Of a stretch of DNA of 41,443 nt, positions 9,151 to 16,202 are shown one piece after another. The notes beneath the pieces were generated by a model. It ran no database searches, was not told where the DNA came from, and saw nothing but the letters and a program-made list of their open reading frames with translations. The position numbers and the translations under genes are program-made. Origin of the DNA: Alphaproteobacteria bacterium (GTDB taxonomy: Bacteria; Pseudomonadota; Alphaproteobacteria; CAAHEQ01; UBA3637); NCBI GenBank assembly GCA_045614105.1, contig JAZLCF010000129.1, forward strand, positions 1 through 41,443. The letters run 5' to 3'. Within the stretch, counting starts at the first letter, position 1; each line of letters starts with the position of its first letter.

Positions 9151-9179
9151 AGTATAGCCTATTTTGGCCTAAAAAACAA
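9151..9179 (-). promoter_or_regulatory. Candidate promoter TTGTTT-N17-TATACT ending 6 nt before the rarA ATG
   Basis: On the minus strand, TATACT is at 9156->9151, then TATCTT, then the ATG at 9144. No SD is present. Confidence 0.4.
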
Positions 9180-9219
9180 CAAATTTTGATCTATTTGTTG
9201 AGGAGGACATCAACTCAAT

Positions 9220-9819
9220 TTATTCTTCCACAAAAACGCTTTTGCTTTGGTTGCACAGGGGGCAAACCCAATCATCGGGCAGTTCTTCAAATGGAATTTC
9301 CCCATCATAAAGGTAGCCACAAACGGTGCATCGCCAATGTTTTGGTCCATTAGAGATGGCTTTTCTTGCTTGATAGGTCGCATATAGTAAAGGTTCCTCC
9401 ATTGTGCCTGCTTCACCAGCTACAACATCACATAAAAATAAGTGATGTCCAGAAGTTTTGATTGTTTCTTTGACTTTTAGGTACATATAGGCAACTGCAT
9501 TTTTATAAATGGGTAAGTCATGATATAAAATATATTCTACGGTCCCCCATTTATCAGTATCGCGTGAGGAATTCATGCCAAATAGTTCTATAACATTCTC
9601 GGGCGTATGTGTGGGTAAAATGGACAGTGTTAGTTCGCCTGTTTTAACCACATTCTCCATTGTATGCGAGGCGTTGTTTAAAGACACAATCACTTGCTGT
9701 GGATCGGTTTCTACCACCATCACGGAATCTATACAGCTGCCAATCAAACGGCCTGTCTCCTCTTTTGCGCCCGTTAAATAAACTCCTTGTGAAATTTTAA
9801 ATAATGCTGCTAACTCCAT
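9220..9819 (-). CDS. Flavin reductase-like domain fused to C-terminal rubredoxin (high-molecular-weight rubredoxin type)
   Basis: The flavin-reductase-like core includes [12 protein letters not shown]. The C-terminal [35 protein letters not shown] is a complete rubredoxin with CxxC...CxxC. Start placed at 9819 (MELAAL...) behind SD AAGGAG. Confidence 0.8.
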   Translation of the reverse strand: MELAALFKISQGVYLTGAKEETGRLIGSCIDSVMVVETDPQQVIVSLNNASHTMENVVKTGELTLSILPTHTPENVIELFGMNSSRDTDKWGTVEYILYHDLPIYKNAVAYMYLKVKETIKTSGHHLFLCDVVAGEAGTMEEPLLYATYQARKAISNGPKHWRCTVCGYLYDGEIPFEELPDDWVCPLCNQSKSVFVEE

Positions 9820-9892
9820 ATAAGCTCCTTTTCCTACAAAAATAGCTCCACCAATTATAAAAATCAAGAGCATATCTTGGAATAAAAAAAGA

Positions 9893-9921
9893 TTGACATT
9901 TTGTCGTGTATCAGTTATGCT
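9893..9921 (+). promoter_or_regulatory. Candidate sigma70 promoter (TTGACA-N17-TATGCT)
   Basis: Consensus -35 at 9893-9898 and -10 at 9916-9921, 29 nt upstream of the 9951 ATG. Confidence 0.45.
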
Positions 9922-9950
9922 GACCCCAATCTTAACAAAAAGGAGTCAAA

Positions 9951-10529
9951 ATGCAAAAAGCAGAATCAGTCAAAGAATTTGTGGAACGTGTTGATCAAGC
10001 GAAAAAGAAAAATCCCAAAGATTTATCTTCAGATCAAGATTTAACAATTGCCATCATGAATTTGATTTCCATTGAGGAGCATTTAATTTTTTCGGGGGCC
10101 AAAACAGGAAAGACTTCATTTTATGATATGGTACAAGATGTGCGCGAATTGCGCAAAAATTTAATGCTTAAAATCATTCCGAGTTATGAGGGGGAAGTGT
10201 GGTGTATTTCAAAGCACTTGCTGGCTACGGCAATGCGTTTGATGGAAGTGGGCACAAAGCAACAATCAATGGGGCATAAAGAGGAGGCCTATCAGTTGTT
10301 TAATCAAGCCTATGATTTATATTGTTTGTTCTGGGGGTTGAATATGAATTTGGTGGATGCAAAAGATATTCAATGGAAACCAGATGATTTAGAAGAAGTG
10401 AAAAGGGAAGTAGAAGCGTTAAAAGTTGCCGCTCCCATTAAAAAAGAAGTTGCTGTGCCAACGGATAATTCTTTGTTTGGAAAATTGAAATCTGTTGTGC
10501 GCAAAGCGGTAGATTGTTGCATTGAGTAG
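9951..10529 (+). CDS. Hypothetical protein (192 aa)
   Basis: SD AAAGGAG upstream. Predicted helical, ends ...VDCCIE. No family recognised. Confidence 0.6.
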   Translation: MQKAESVKEFVERVDQAKKKNPKDLSSDQDLTIAIMNLISIEEHLIFSGAKTGKTSFYDMVQDVRELRKNLMLKIIPSYEGEVWCISKHLLATAMRLMEVGTKQQSMGHKEEAYQLFNQAYDLYCLFWGLNMNLVDAKDIQWKPDDLEEVKREVEALKVAAPIKKEVAVPTDNSLFGKLKSVVRKAVDCCIE

Positions 10530-10536
10530 GAAGAAT

Positions 10537-10914
10537 ATGAAAAAAATTTTATTGTTTATTGTCGCATTATTTGTTTTTATTGCATGGGAGTTTGGATATA
10601 AAGAATCGGCTGTTTCTGCTGAATTGATTGCTCCAAATGAAATTTATGTCTTTACGCAAAAGACATGTTCGCATTGTCAGTCTGCGGAAAAATACTTAAA
10701 AGACAGGTATCCAGATTTAAAGGTACACATGAAAGATATTGCGGAGCCCAAAAATCGGATGATGTTTTTTGCGTGTGCTGCAAAGTTTAAATTGAATAAA
10801 TATACAGTGGGAACGCCTCTTTTTTGTATGGGAGATCATTATGTGTTGGGCTGGAGTTTTGAGGAACAACAACAGTTTGATACTTATGTGCAAGACTTTT
10901 TACCAAAAAACTAG
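10537..10914 (+). CDS. Membrane-anchored thioredoxin/glutaredoxin-fold protein (CSHC active site)
   Basis: N-terminal hydrophobic anchor MKKILLFIVALFVFIAW. Then IYVFTQKTCSHCQSAEKYL, the pattern of a beta strand followed by CxxC at a helix start. Start set at the ATG 10537 behind AGGAAG. Confidence 0.7.
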   Translation: MKKILLFIVALFVFIAWEFGYKESAVSAELIAPNEIYVFTQKTCSHCQSAEKYLKDRYPDLKVHMKDIAEPKNRMMFFACAAKFKLNKYTVGTPLFCMGDHYVLGWSFEEQQQFDTYVQDFLPKN

Positions 10915-10923
10915 GATTCTGTC

Positions 10924-11541
10924 ATGTCTTTGATTGTTCAAGGTTTCGTGAAGGCGTCGTTAAAAAATAATAATTACATTGTTGCGGATTCAGAAAAGAA
11001 AGAGGCAATCTTAATTGATTGTTCTTGTCCCGATGATGAGATAATAAATTGGTTGAATCAAAATGGATTAGTCCTGAAATATATTCTTTTGACACACGGG
11101 CATTTTGATCATGTGGCAGGCGTGAATTATTATCAAGATCAATGGGGCATAGACGCTTACTTATATGAAAAAGATTATTCTTTGTTGTCGTATTTTGAAA
11201 AATATGCTCAGTTGGCACGACAAAAAGTGGGGGAGCAACCTCAGCATATAAAAAACTTTGATTTGAACGCCACATTTCATGTTGGCAGATATCCGATTGA
11301 GATTATTCCAACGCCAGGACATACGCAAGGCGGGGTTTGTTATTTGATTGAAGGAAATTTGTTTTCGGGAGATACTTTATTTCACGGAACGTATGGACGG
11401 ACAGATTTAGATGAAAGTGATGAACAAGCCATGCAAAAAAGTCTACAAAATCTGTTTCAAAAACTGCCGGACGAAACACCTGTTTATCCTGGACACGGAG
11501 CCACCACTACGATAGGTCATGAACGGTCTCTTTATCAATAA
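10924..11541 (+). CDS. MBL-fold metallo-hydrolase (glyoxalase II-like)
   Basis: THGHFDHVAG (HxHxDH motif), GHTQGG, and a C-terminal PGHG. 205 aa. Confidence 0.85.
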   Translation: MSLIVQGFVKASLKNNNYIVADSEKKEAILIDCSCPDDEIINWLNQNGLVLKYILLTHGHFDHVAGVNYYQDQWGIDAYLYEKDYSLLSYFEKYAQLARQKVGEQPQHIKNFDLNATFHVGRYPIEIIPTPGHTQGGVCYLIEGNLFSGDTLFHGTYGRTDLDESDEQAMQKSLQNLFQKLPDETPVYPGHGATTTIGHERSLYQ

Positions 11542-11822
11542 GAACGACAATCATTTCCTTCGTTTTTCCAATTGGTAATAGTGTTGTCAGTGACTGTAAA
11601 TGTTGTTTTGCACCAGTATTTGTTTCCTTGAATTTTGACCTCTTTTTTGTAAGCTAAAAGTTCTGTTTTCTTATCCAGTTTATAGGTTTTATCAGGAATA
11701 CCCCAACCCAATACCAGCTCGGATTTTGGACGATTGAGCCAAGAGTTCAATTTCGCTTGATACTTGCTTTCGGTTGCACAGCCCAGTAAAAGGAAAGCGA
11801 AAAGTAAAATCAATTTTTTCAT
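11535..11822 (-). CDS. Small lipoprotein (hypothetical)
   Basis: MKKLILLFAFLLLGC contains a lipobox (LLGC). SD AAGGAGG lies upstream of the ATG at 11822. Confidence 0.7.
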   Translation of the reverse strand: MKKLILLFAFLLLGCATESKYQAKLNSWLNRPKSELVLGWGIPDKTYKLDKKTELLAYKKEVKIQGNKYWCKTTFTVTDNTITNWKNEGNDCRSY

Positions 11823-11912
11823 AAAACCTCCTTGTTGAATGCTCTGCATTATATCAGGTATCTTATTGCGGTGTCAAGTCCGAAAGTTGTTGTAAAAGGT
11901 AACGCAATAAAG

Positions 11913-13085
11913 CTAATGACTTTTGAGGCATAGCTGGCTGACATCTGTTAAGGAAAGTTCTCCCTTTTGTTCGGCTAAATTTTTGGCTTTTGGCATCAAA
12001 GTGGCGACTTGTTCCGCAGATAAAGAAATGCCGACTTTGGAACATAAAAGCTTCAACGCTGCTTTACCAGACTGGCTGGTAAAACCAAAATTTTCTCCAT
12101 CCGTGCGACCAATTAGTTCTGGGGGATAGGGAATATATTGCCCTTTTGCAAAAATTTTTGTTTTAGTGGCTCCATCTTGGTGAATGCCACTGCGGTGTAA
12201 AAAACAATCACGTCCCATTAAAGGTGCTTTTTCCCAGATTGGTACGCCAGATAATTGGGCGACAACCTGTGCGGTATGATAAAAATGAGCCATGTTTAAA
12301 GGGACATCTATTCCTGAATTATATAAAGCCAAAGCGGCTTCAAACATATTGGTATTGCCACATCGTTCGCCCAGTCCATTGATGGTTGTTTCTAATTGGG
12401 TGGCACCAGCAAAAAAACTTTCCACTGTGGTGGCGGTGGCCATACCTAAATCGTTGTGACAATGGACGGACAACTGGGCTTTATCGCCAATAGCAGCCTT
12501 TACTTGTTTGACCATTTCAACGAAAAACATCGGATGTGTGTGTTCTACTGTATTTGGTAGGTTGATTACTGTCACGCCGGTTTGAACGATTTGATCTAGT
12601 ACTTTAATGACGTCCGTTAAATTTTCTTTGCAATCCCCGAAATGCTCCACGGAAAATTCAATTTGTCCGTTTGGCGGTAATAAAAACTGGGCTTGTTTGG
12701 TGGCTTGAATTGCCATCTCAGTCACTTCATTTAGGCTTTTATGTAAAATGTAGTGTAAGCCCATAGCATTTAAAGGGACAAAAATGTGCATGCGTGGATT
12801 TTGTGCACCCTGTAAGGCTTGTGCAGCCAACATAACATCTTCTGGGATGGCACGAGCTAAGACACTGAGCGTGACATCTTTGGGGGCATGTTGGACAAGC
12901 AAACGACAAGCATCAAAATCCATTTGGCTAGAAGCTGGAAAGCCAATTTCAATCGCCTTAATACCTAAAGCCAACAACTCTTTGAAAATCACCAGTTTTT
13001 CTTGAGGATTCCAAGGATGCTTTAAAGATTGATTCCCATCGCGCAGTGTGGTGTCATAAAACACAGGCTGAGATGAAATGGACAT
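11913..13085 (-). CDS. 2-isopropylmalate synthase / homocitrate synthase family protein (HMGL-like catalytic domain only, 390 aa)
   Basis: FYDTTLRDGNQS, IEIGFPASSQMDFD and HCHNDLGMATA are DRE-TIM aldolase motifs of the LeuA/NifV/CimA family. There is no room for the roughly 150-aa LeuA C-terminal regulatory domain. SD AAGGAG upstream. Preceded by a Leu-leader attenuator. Confidence 0.8.
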   Translation of the reverse strand: MSISSQPVFYDTTLRDGNQSLKHPWNPQEKLVIFKELLALGIKAIEIGFPASSQMDFDACRLLVQHAPKDVTLSVLARAIPEDVMLAAQALQGAQNPRMHIFVPLNAMGLHYILHKSLNEVTEMAIQATKQAQFLLPPNGQIEFSVEHFGDCKENLTDVIKVLDQIVQTGVTVINLPNTVEHTHPMFFVEMVKQVKAAIGDKAQLSVHCHNDLGMATATTVESFFAGATQLETTINGLGERCGNTNMFEAALALYNSGIDVPLNMAHFYHTAQVVAQLSGVPIWEKAPLMGRDCFLHRSGIHQDGATKTKIFAKGQYIPYPPELIGRTDGENFGFTSQSGKAALKLLCSKVGISLSAEQVATLMPKAKNLAEQKGELSLTDVSQLCLKSH

Positions 13086-13102
13086 TTTTGACTCCTTCTA
13101 TT

Positions 13103-13130
13103 AAAAAAAGCACCCTTCCTAAAAGGGCGC
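13103..13130 (-). terminator. Attenuator terminator in the leader of the LeuA-family gene
   Basis: The minus strand reads GCGCCCTT-TTAGG-AAGGGTGC (8-bp stem, one G:U) followed by TTTTTTT. It ends 17 nt before the structural-gene ATG. Confidence 0.75.
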
Positions 13131-13163
13131 CGGATTCTTGTATTTTTAAGAAAAACATACCTT

Positions 13164-13226
13164 TTAGGAAATGGCTTCGCCTCCGCACAACAACAATAAT
13201 AAAGCTAATAGTATGTCTTTTTTCAT
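13164..13226 (-). CDS. Leucine-rich leader peptide MKKDILLALLLLLCGGEAIS (20 aa)
   Basis: ATG AAA AAA GAC ATA CTA TTA GCT TTA TTA TTG TTG TTG TGC GGA GGC GAA GCC ATT TCC TAA. Seven of eight consecutive codons are Leu. The stop codon is embedded in the 5' arm of an 11-bp antiterminator helix. Confidence 0.55.
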   Translation of the reverse strand: MKKDILLALLLLLCGGEAIS

Positions 13227-13233
13227 AAGATGA

Positions 13234-13262
13234 ATGTTAGCACATTTAATAATCAATGTCAA
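13234..13262 (-). promoter_or_regulatory. Candidate promoter TTGACA-N17-TAACAT for the leader transcript
   Basis: On the minus strand, -35 is at 13262->13257 and -10 at 13239->13234. The leader ATG starts 7 nt after the -10 and has no SD. Confidence 0.4.
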
Positions 13263-13346
13263 TATCTTTTTAAAATCAAAAGTGGGCCAAGACTTGACCT
13301 GCTTTGTTTTATATGATATCATTGTTGAAAATGAAGGGATAGTGAT

Positions 13347-13883
13347 ATGTCAGAAACGATTTTGTATGACAATACGTTGTCAGTTGGTAATCATGTTTTT
13401 CGTGGCCCCGTTTTGGAGGTTCCTGAGGCACAAGAGGCGCGTCCAACGGCCAAACAGATTTCAAAGTTATGGGATACTGCGCGTGTTTTGGGCGAGGTTG
13501 GTTGGGCTTCACATGTCCTGTATGTGGGAGAATGGTTGGCAAGTGTCAGAATGCCGCAAAAGGAAGAGAAAGCTTGTCGGCGAGAGCTTGAAAAATATTT
13601 TAGGAGATACTGTCCAAATATCCGGCGAGATGTGACGAATATGGAACTGCATGCTGCAATTTCTCACCAGCTGGAACAATATAAACCACGCTTTTCTAAA
13701 AGAGATTTGCAGGCTTTGTTTTTGGCTTATCAACAATGGCAAAAATTGGAGCCTCGTACTTTGAAGCAACAGCGTGAGAAGGCATGGGTGGGCTATGGAT
13801 TGGCGACGATGATGGCCTCCAGATATTATAAAGCTGCTTTTCCCGAAAAGGATCCACTGGTCAAAAGAATCTATGCGCGATAA
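13347..13883 (+). CDS. Hypothetical protein (178 aa)
   Basis: A candidate promoter TTGACC-N17-TATCAT (13294-13322) and a weak SD GAAGGGA lie upstream. No motif recognised. It overlaps alternative ORFs on both strands, which I consider less likely. Confidence 0.5.
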   Translation: MSETILYDNTLSVGNHVFRGPVLEVPEAQEARPTAKQISKLWDTARVLGEVGWASHVLYVGEWLASVRMPQKEEKACRRELEKYFRRYCPNIRRDVTNMELHAAISHQLEQYKPRFSKRDLQALFLAYQQWQKLEPRTLKQQREKAWVGYGLATMMASRYYKAAFPEKDPLVKRIYAR

Positions 13884-14141
13884 AAGCCTTCTATAACCGA
13901 AATTGTGATTGAAAAAGTCGCAAAATGATTGATTTGTTGCGACCTGTGAAGACACTAAAAACGAGATATATGGTCGTATCCCGTTTTGTTGATTTCCTAT
14001 GAAGGTATGTCTTGAGGTACTTAAAGTGTACGTTTCCCGTATTTGTGTGGATCGTATTTAAGAAAAGCAATCTTTTTTTGAAAGACTTGCAATTATTTTT
14101 GAAATTGGCTACACTGAACATAATAAAGGAAAGGATAAGCA

Positions 14142-14825
14142 ATGACAGAAGATTTGATTTTGAAAACAAAATTGCGTCACATCAACCCCAGAACCGCCAA
14201 TCAAAGTGCATTTGTGGAGGCAATGAATACTCATGATATGACTTTTGGTTTGGGGCCGGCTGGTACTGGTAAGACTTTTTTGGCAGTGGCTAAAGCGGTG
14301 GCGGATATGGAAACCAATAAAGTGGATAAGATTATCTTGACCCGTCCTGCCGTAGAAGCGGGTGAAAACTTGGGCTTTTTACCAGGTGATTTAAAGGAAA
14401 AAATTGATCCGTATTTGCGTCCGCTTTACGATGCACTCTATGAGATGATGCCACGTGATATTGTGGATAAAAAAATTGAAAATGGCGAAATTGAAATTGC
14501 TCCGCTGGCTTATATGCGTGGGCGGACTTTGTCTCATGCGGTGGTGATTTTGGATGAAGCACAAAACACAACGCCGATGCAAATGAAAATGTTTTTGACG
14601 CGCTTGGGTGAAGGATCTAAGATGGTCATCAATGGTGACTTGACGCAAACGGATCTGCCCAGAGGCATGGAATCAGGTTTAAAAGATGCTGAGCGAATTT
14701 TAAAGGGCGTGAAAGAAATTGCCTTTGTGTACTTTGATGAAAGAGATGTGGTGCGCCATGGATTGGTGTCCAAGATTGTGAACGCTTATGCAAAGGATAA
14801 GGAAAAGACCAATAATGGAAATTGA
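14142..14825 (+). CDS. phoH: PhoH-family ATPase (YbeZ-like)
   Basis: Walker [14 protein letters not shown], then [19 protein letters not shown], then Walker [12 protein letters not shown]. Sits in the conserved phoH-ybeY-corC order. Confidence 0.9.
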   Translation: MTEDLILKTKLRHINPRTANQSAFVEAMNTHDMTFGLGPAGTGKTFLAVAKAVADMETNKVDKIILTRPAVEAGENLGFLPGDLKEKIDPYLRPLYDALYEMMPRDIVDKKIENGEIEIAPLAYMRGRTLSHAVVILDEAQNTTPMQMKMFLTRLGEGSKMVINGDLTQTDLPRGMESGLKDAERILKGVKEIAFVYFDERDVVRHGLVSKIVNAYAKDKEKTNNGN

Positions 14826-15249
14826 TATACTGGTTCAGGATAAACGTTTTTACCTGTTCATCCCATTTGTAAAAAATTTTTGTCGACGTGTCCTTGAAAA
14901 TGCGTGGGAAAAAGACACAAGCGCAGTTGTTTCTGTTGTCTTAGCAAAGGATGATTTTGTGCGTGATTTGAACAGGCAATATCGTGGCAAAGATTGTCCG
15001 ACAAATGTTCTGTCCTTTGAAAATGAGGGATTAGCGGGAGATATTGTAGTGGCCTATGGTGTGACGCGAGATGAGGCAAAGGCTCAGGGCAAAACTTTTG
15101 CAGCGCATTTAGCGCATTTGTTGACGCATGGGGCTTTACATTTGCAAGGATACGACCATCTGAATGATAAAGACGCGGACAAGATGGAAAGGTTGGAAAT
15201 AAAACTGATGGCAAAAATGGGTTATCAAAATCCATACAAAGGAGTATAA
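14815..15249 (+). CDS. ybeY: Endoribonuclease YbeY (rRNA maturation)
   Basis: The [11 protein letters not shown] zinc motif. Start set at 14815, overlapping the phoH stop by 11 nt. Confidence 0.9.
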   Translation: MEIDILVQDKRFYLFIPFVKNFCRRVLENAWEKDTSAVVSVVLAKDDFVRDLNRQYRGKDCPTNVLSFENEGLAGDIVVAYGVTRDEAKAQGKTFAAHLAHLLTHGALHLQGYDHLNDKDADKMERLEIKLMAKMGYQNPYKGV

Positions 15250-16107
15250 ATGTTTGGAAAAATAAAAGAATTTTTTATAAAGCATCCCGAAGAGGAAGAA
15301 GCCATAGAAACTGTGGAAGAAATTATGGATGAACGCGAAGAGCGTGGAGATGATGTGTTGGTGGATGATGATGAAATGTTGCTGCTGAAAAACGTGTTCA
15401 AATTGCGTGACAAGCGAGCAGCAGATATTGCTATTCCGCGAGCGCAAATTGTGGCGATCCCAATCAATGCGACGCCGGCCGAGTTGAAAAAAGTTGTGTT
15501 AAATGACAAATACACGCGGATGCCTGTGTATGAAAAAACGTTGGATAATGTGGTGGGTGTGTTGCATACTAAGGATTTATTGGGAGCTGTTTTGGAGAAA
15601 AAGTCTATTGATGTCAAGCGGTTGATGAATGTCCATGTCTTTTTTGCAGCGCCCTCTATGCGGGGGTTGGATTTGTTGCGAGAAATGCAGGCCAAGGGGA
15701 TGCAGCTGGCGGTCATTGTGGACGAGTTTGGAGGGACACAAGGATTGGTGACTTTGGAAGATTTGTTGGAGGAAATTGTGGGGGAAATTGAGGACGAACA
15801 CGATATGTTGGATACGCCCCCCGAGTTGAAGCAAATTTCTCCGCGTATTATTGAATCTGATGCTCGGGTGGAGTTGGTCAAGCTGTGTGGTATGGTGGGC
15901 GATTTTTTAACGCCTGCGGATAAAGAGGCTGAATTGGATACGATTGGGGGGCTTATTTTCCATATAACGGGTCGCTTGCCTTATCGGGGAGAAATTGTCA
16001 CACACGCCAGTGGCTTGAAGTTTCAGGTGTTGGATGTGGATGCACGTCGGATTAAAAAAGTAAAAATTACATGTTTTGAACCCTTGAAAAAAAAGAAAAA
16101 CAAGTAA
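15250..16107 (+). CDS. corC: CBS-pair + CorC/HlyC domain protein (CorC/TlyC/YbeX family)
   Basis: A tandem CBS region (IPRAQIVAI..., VGVLHTKDLL, AVIVDEFGGTQGLVTLEDLLEEIVGEIEDE) followed by a transporter-associated C-terminal domain. Starts 1 nt after the ybeY stop. Confidence 0.85.
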   Translation: MFGKIKEFFIKHPEEEEAIETVEEIMDEREERGDDVLVDDDEMLLLKNVFKLRDKRAADIAIPRAQIVAIPINATPAELKKVVLNDKYTRMPVYEKTLDNVVGVLHTKDLLGAVLEKKSIDVKRLMNVHVFFAAPSMRGLDLLREMQAKGMQLAVIVDEFGGTQGLVTLEDLLEEIVGEIEDEHDMLDTPPELKQISPRIIESDARVELVKLCGMVGDFLTPADKEAELDTIGGLIFHITGRLPYRGEIVTHASGLKFQVLDVDARRIKKVKITCFEPLKKKKNK

Positions 16108-16131
16108 GGAAATTTTTTTCTAAAAAAATGT

Positions 16132-16159
16132 TTGCAAAACAAAAAAAAAGTAGTATAAT
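16132..16159 (+). promoter_or_regulatory. Candidate sigma70 promoter (TTGCAA-N16-TATAAT) for the giant ORF
   Basis: -35 at 16132-16137 and consensus -10 at 16154-16159. A strong SD AAGGAGG at 16192-16198 lies 4 nt before the ATG at 16203. Confidence 0.55.
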
Positions 16160-16202
16160 GCTTAAAAAAGTGTATGTTTAATCCCAGAAATAAGGAGGGA
16201 AA

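Noticed and set aside
10515-10529. C-terminal ...DCCIE of the 192-aa protein as a CaaX / Rab-like CCxx prenylation motif (a host-targeted effector idea)
   Set aside because: The second position is Cys and the last is Glu, a poor fit to CaaX. Rab-type CC motifs need Rab/REP recognition. Nothing else in the protein supports secretion.
13234-14169. Alternative ORFs 13234-13635 (+), 13309-13542 (-), 13509-13955 (-) and 13891-14169 (-)
   Set aside because: They overlap the leader/promoter region or the 13347-13883 ORF, lack an SD, and give low-complexity translations. The 13347 ORF is itself only moderately supported.
15225-15881. 218-aa ORF antisense to corC
   Set aside because: It is a Ser/Thr/Ile-rich mirror-frame product of a well-supported CBS/CorC gene. 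It has no SD and no motif.
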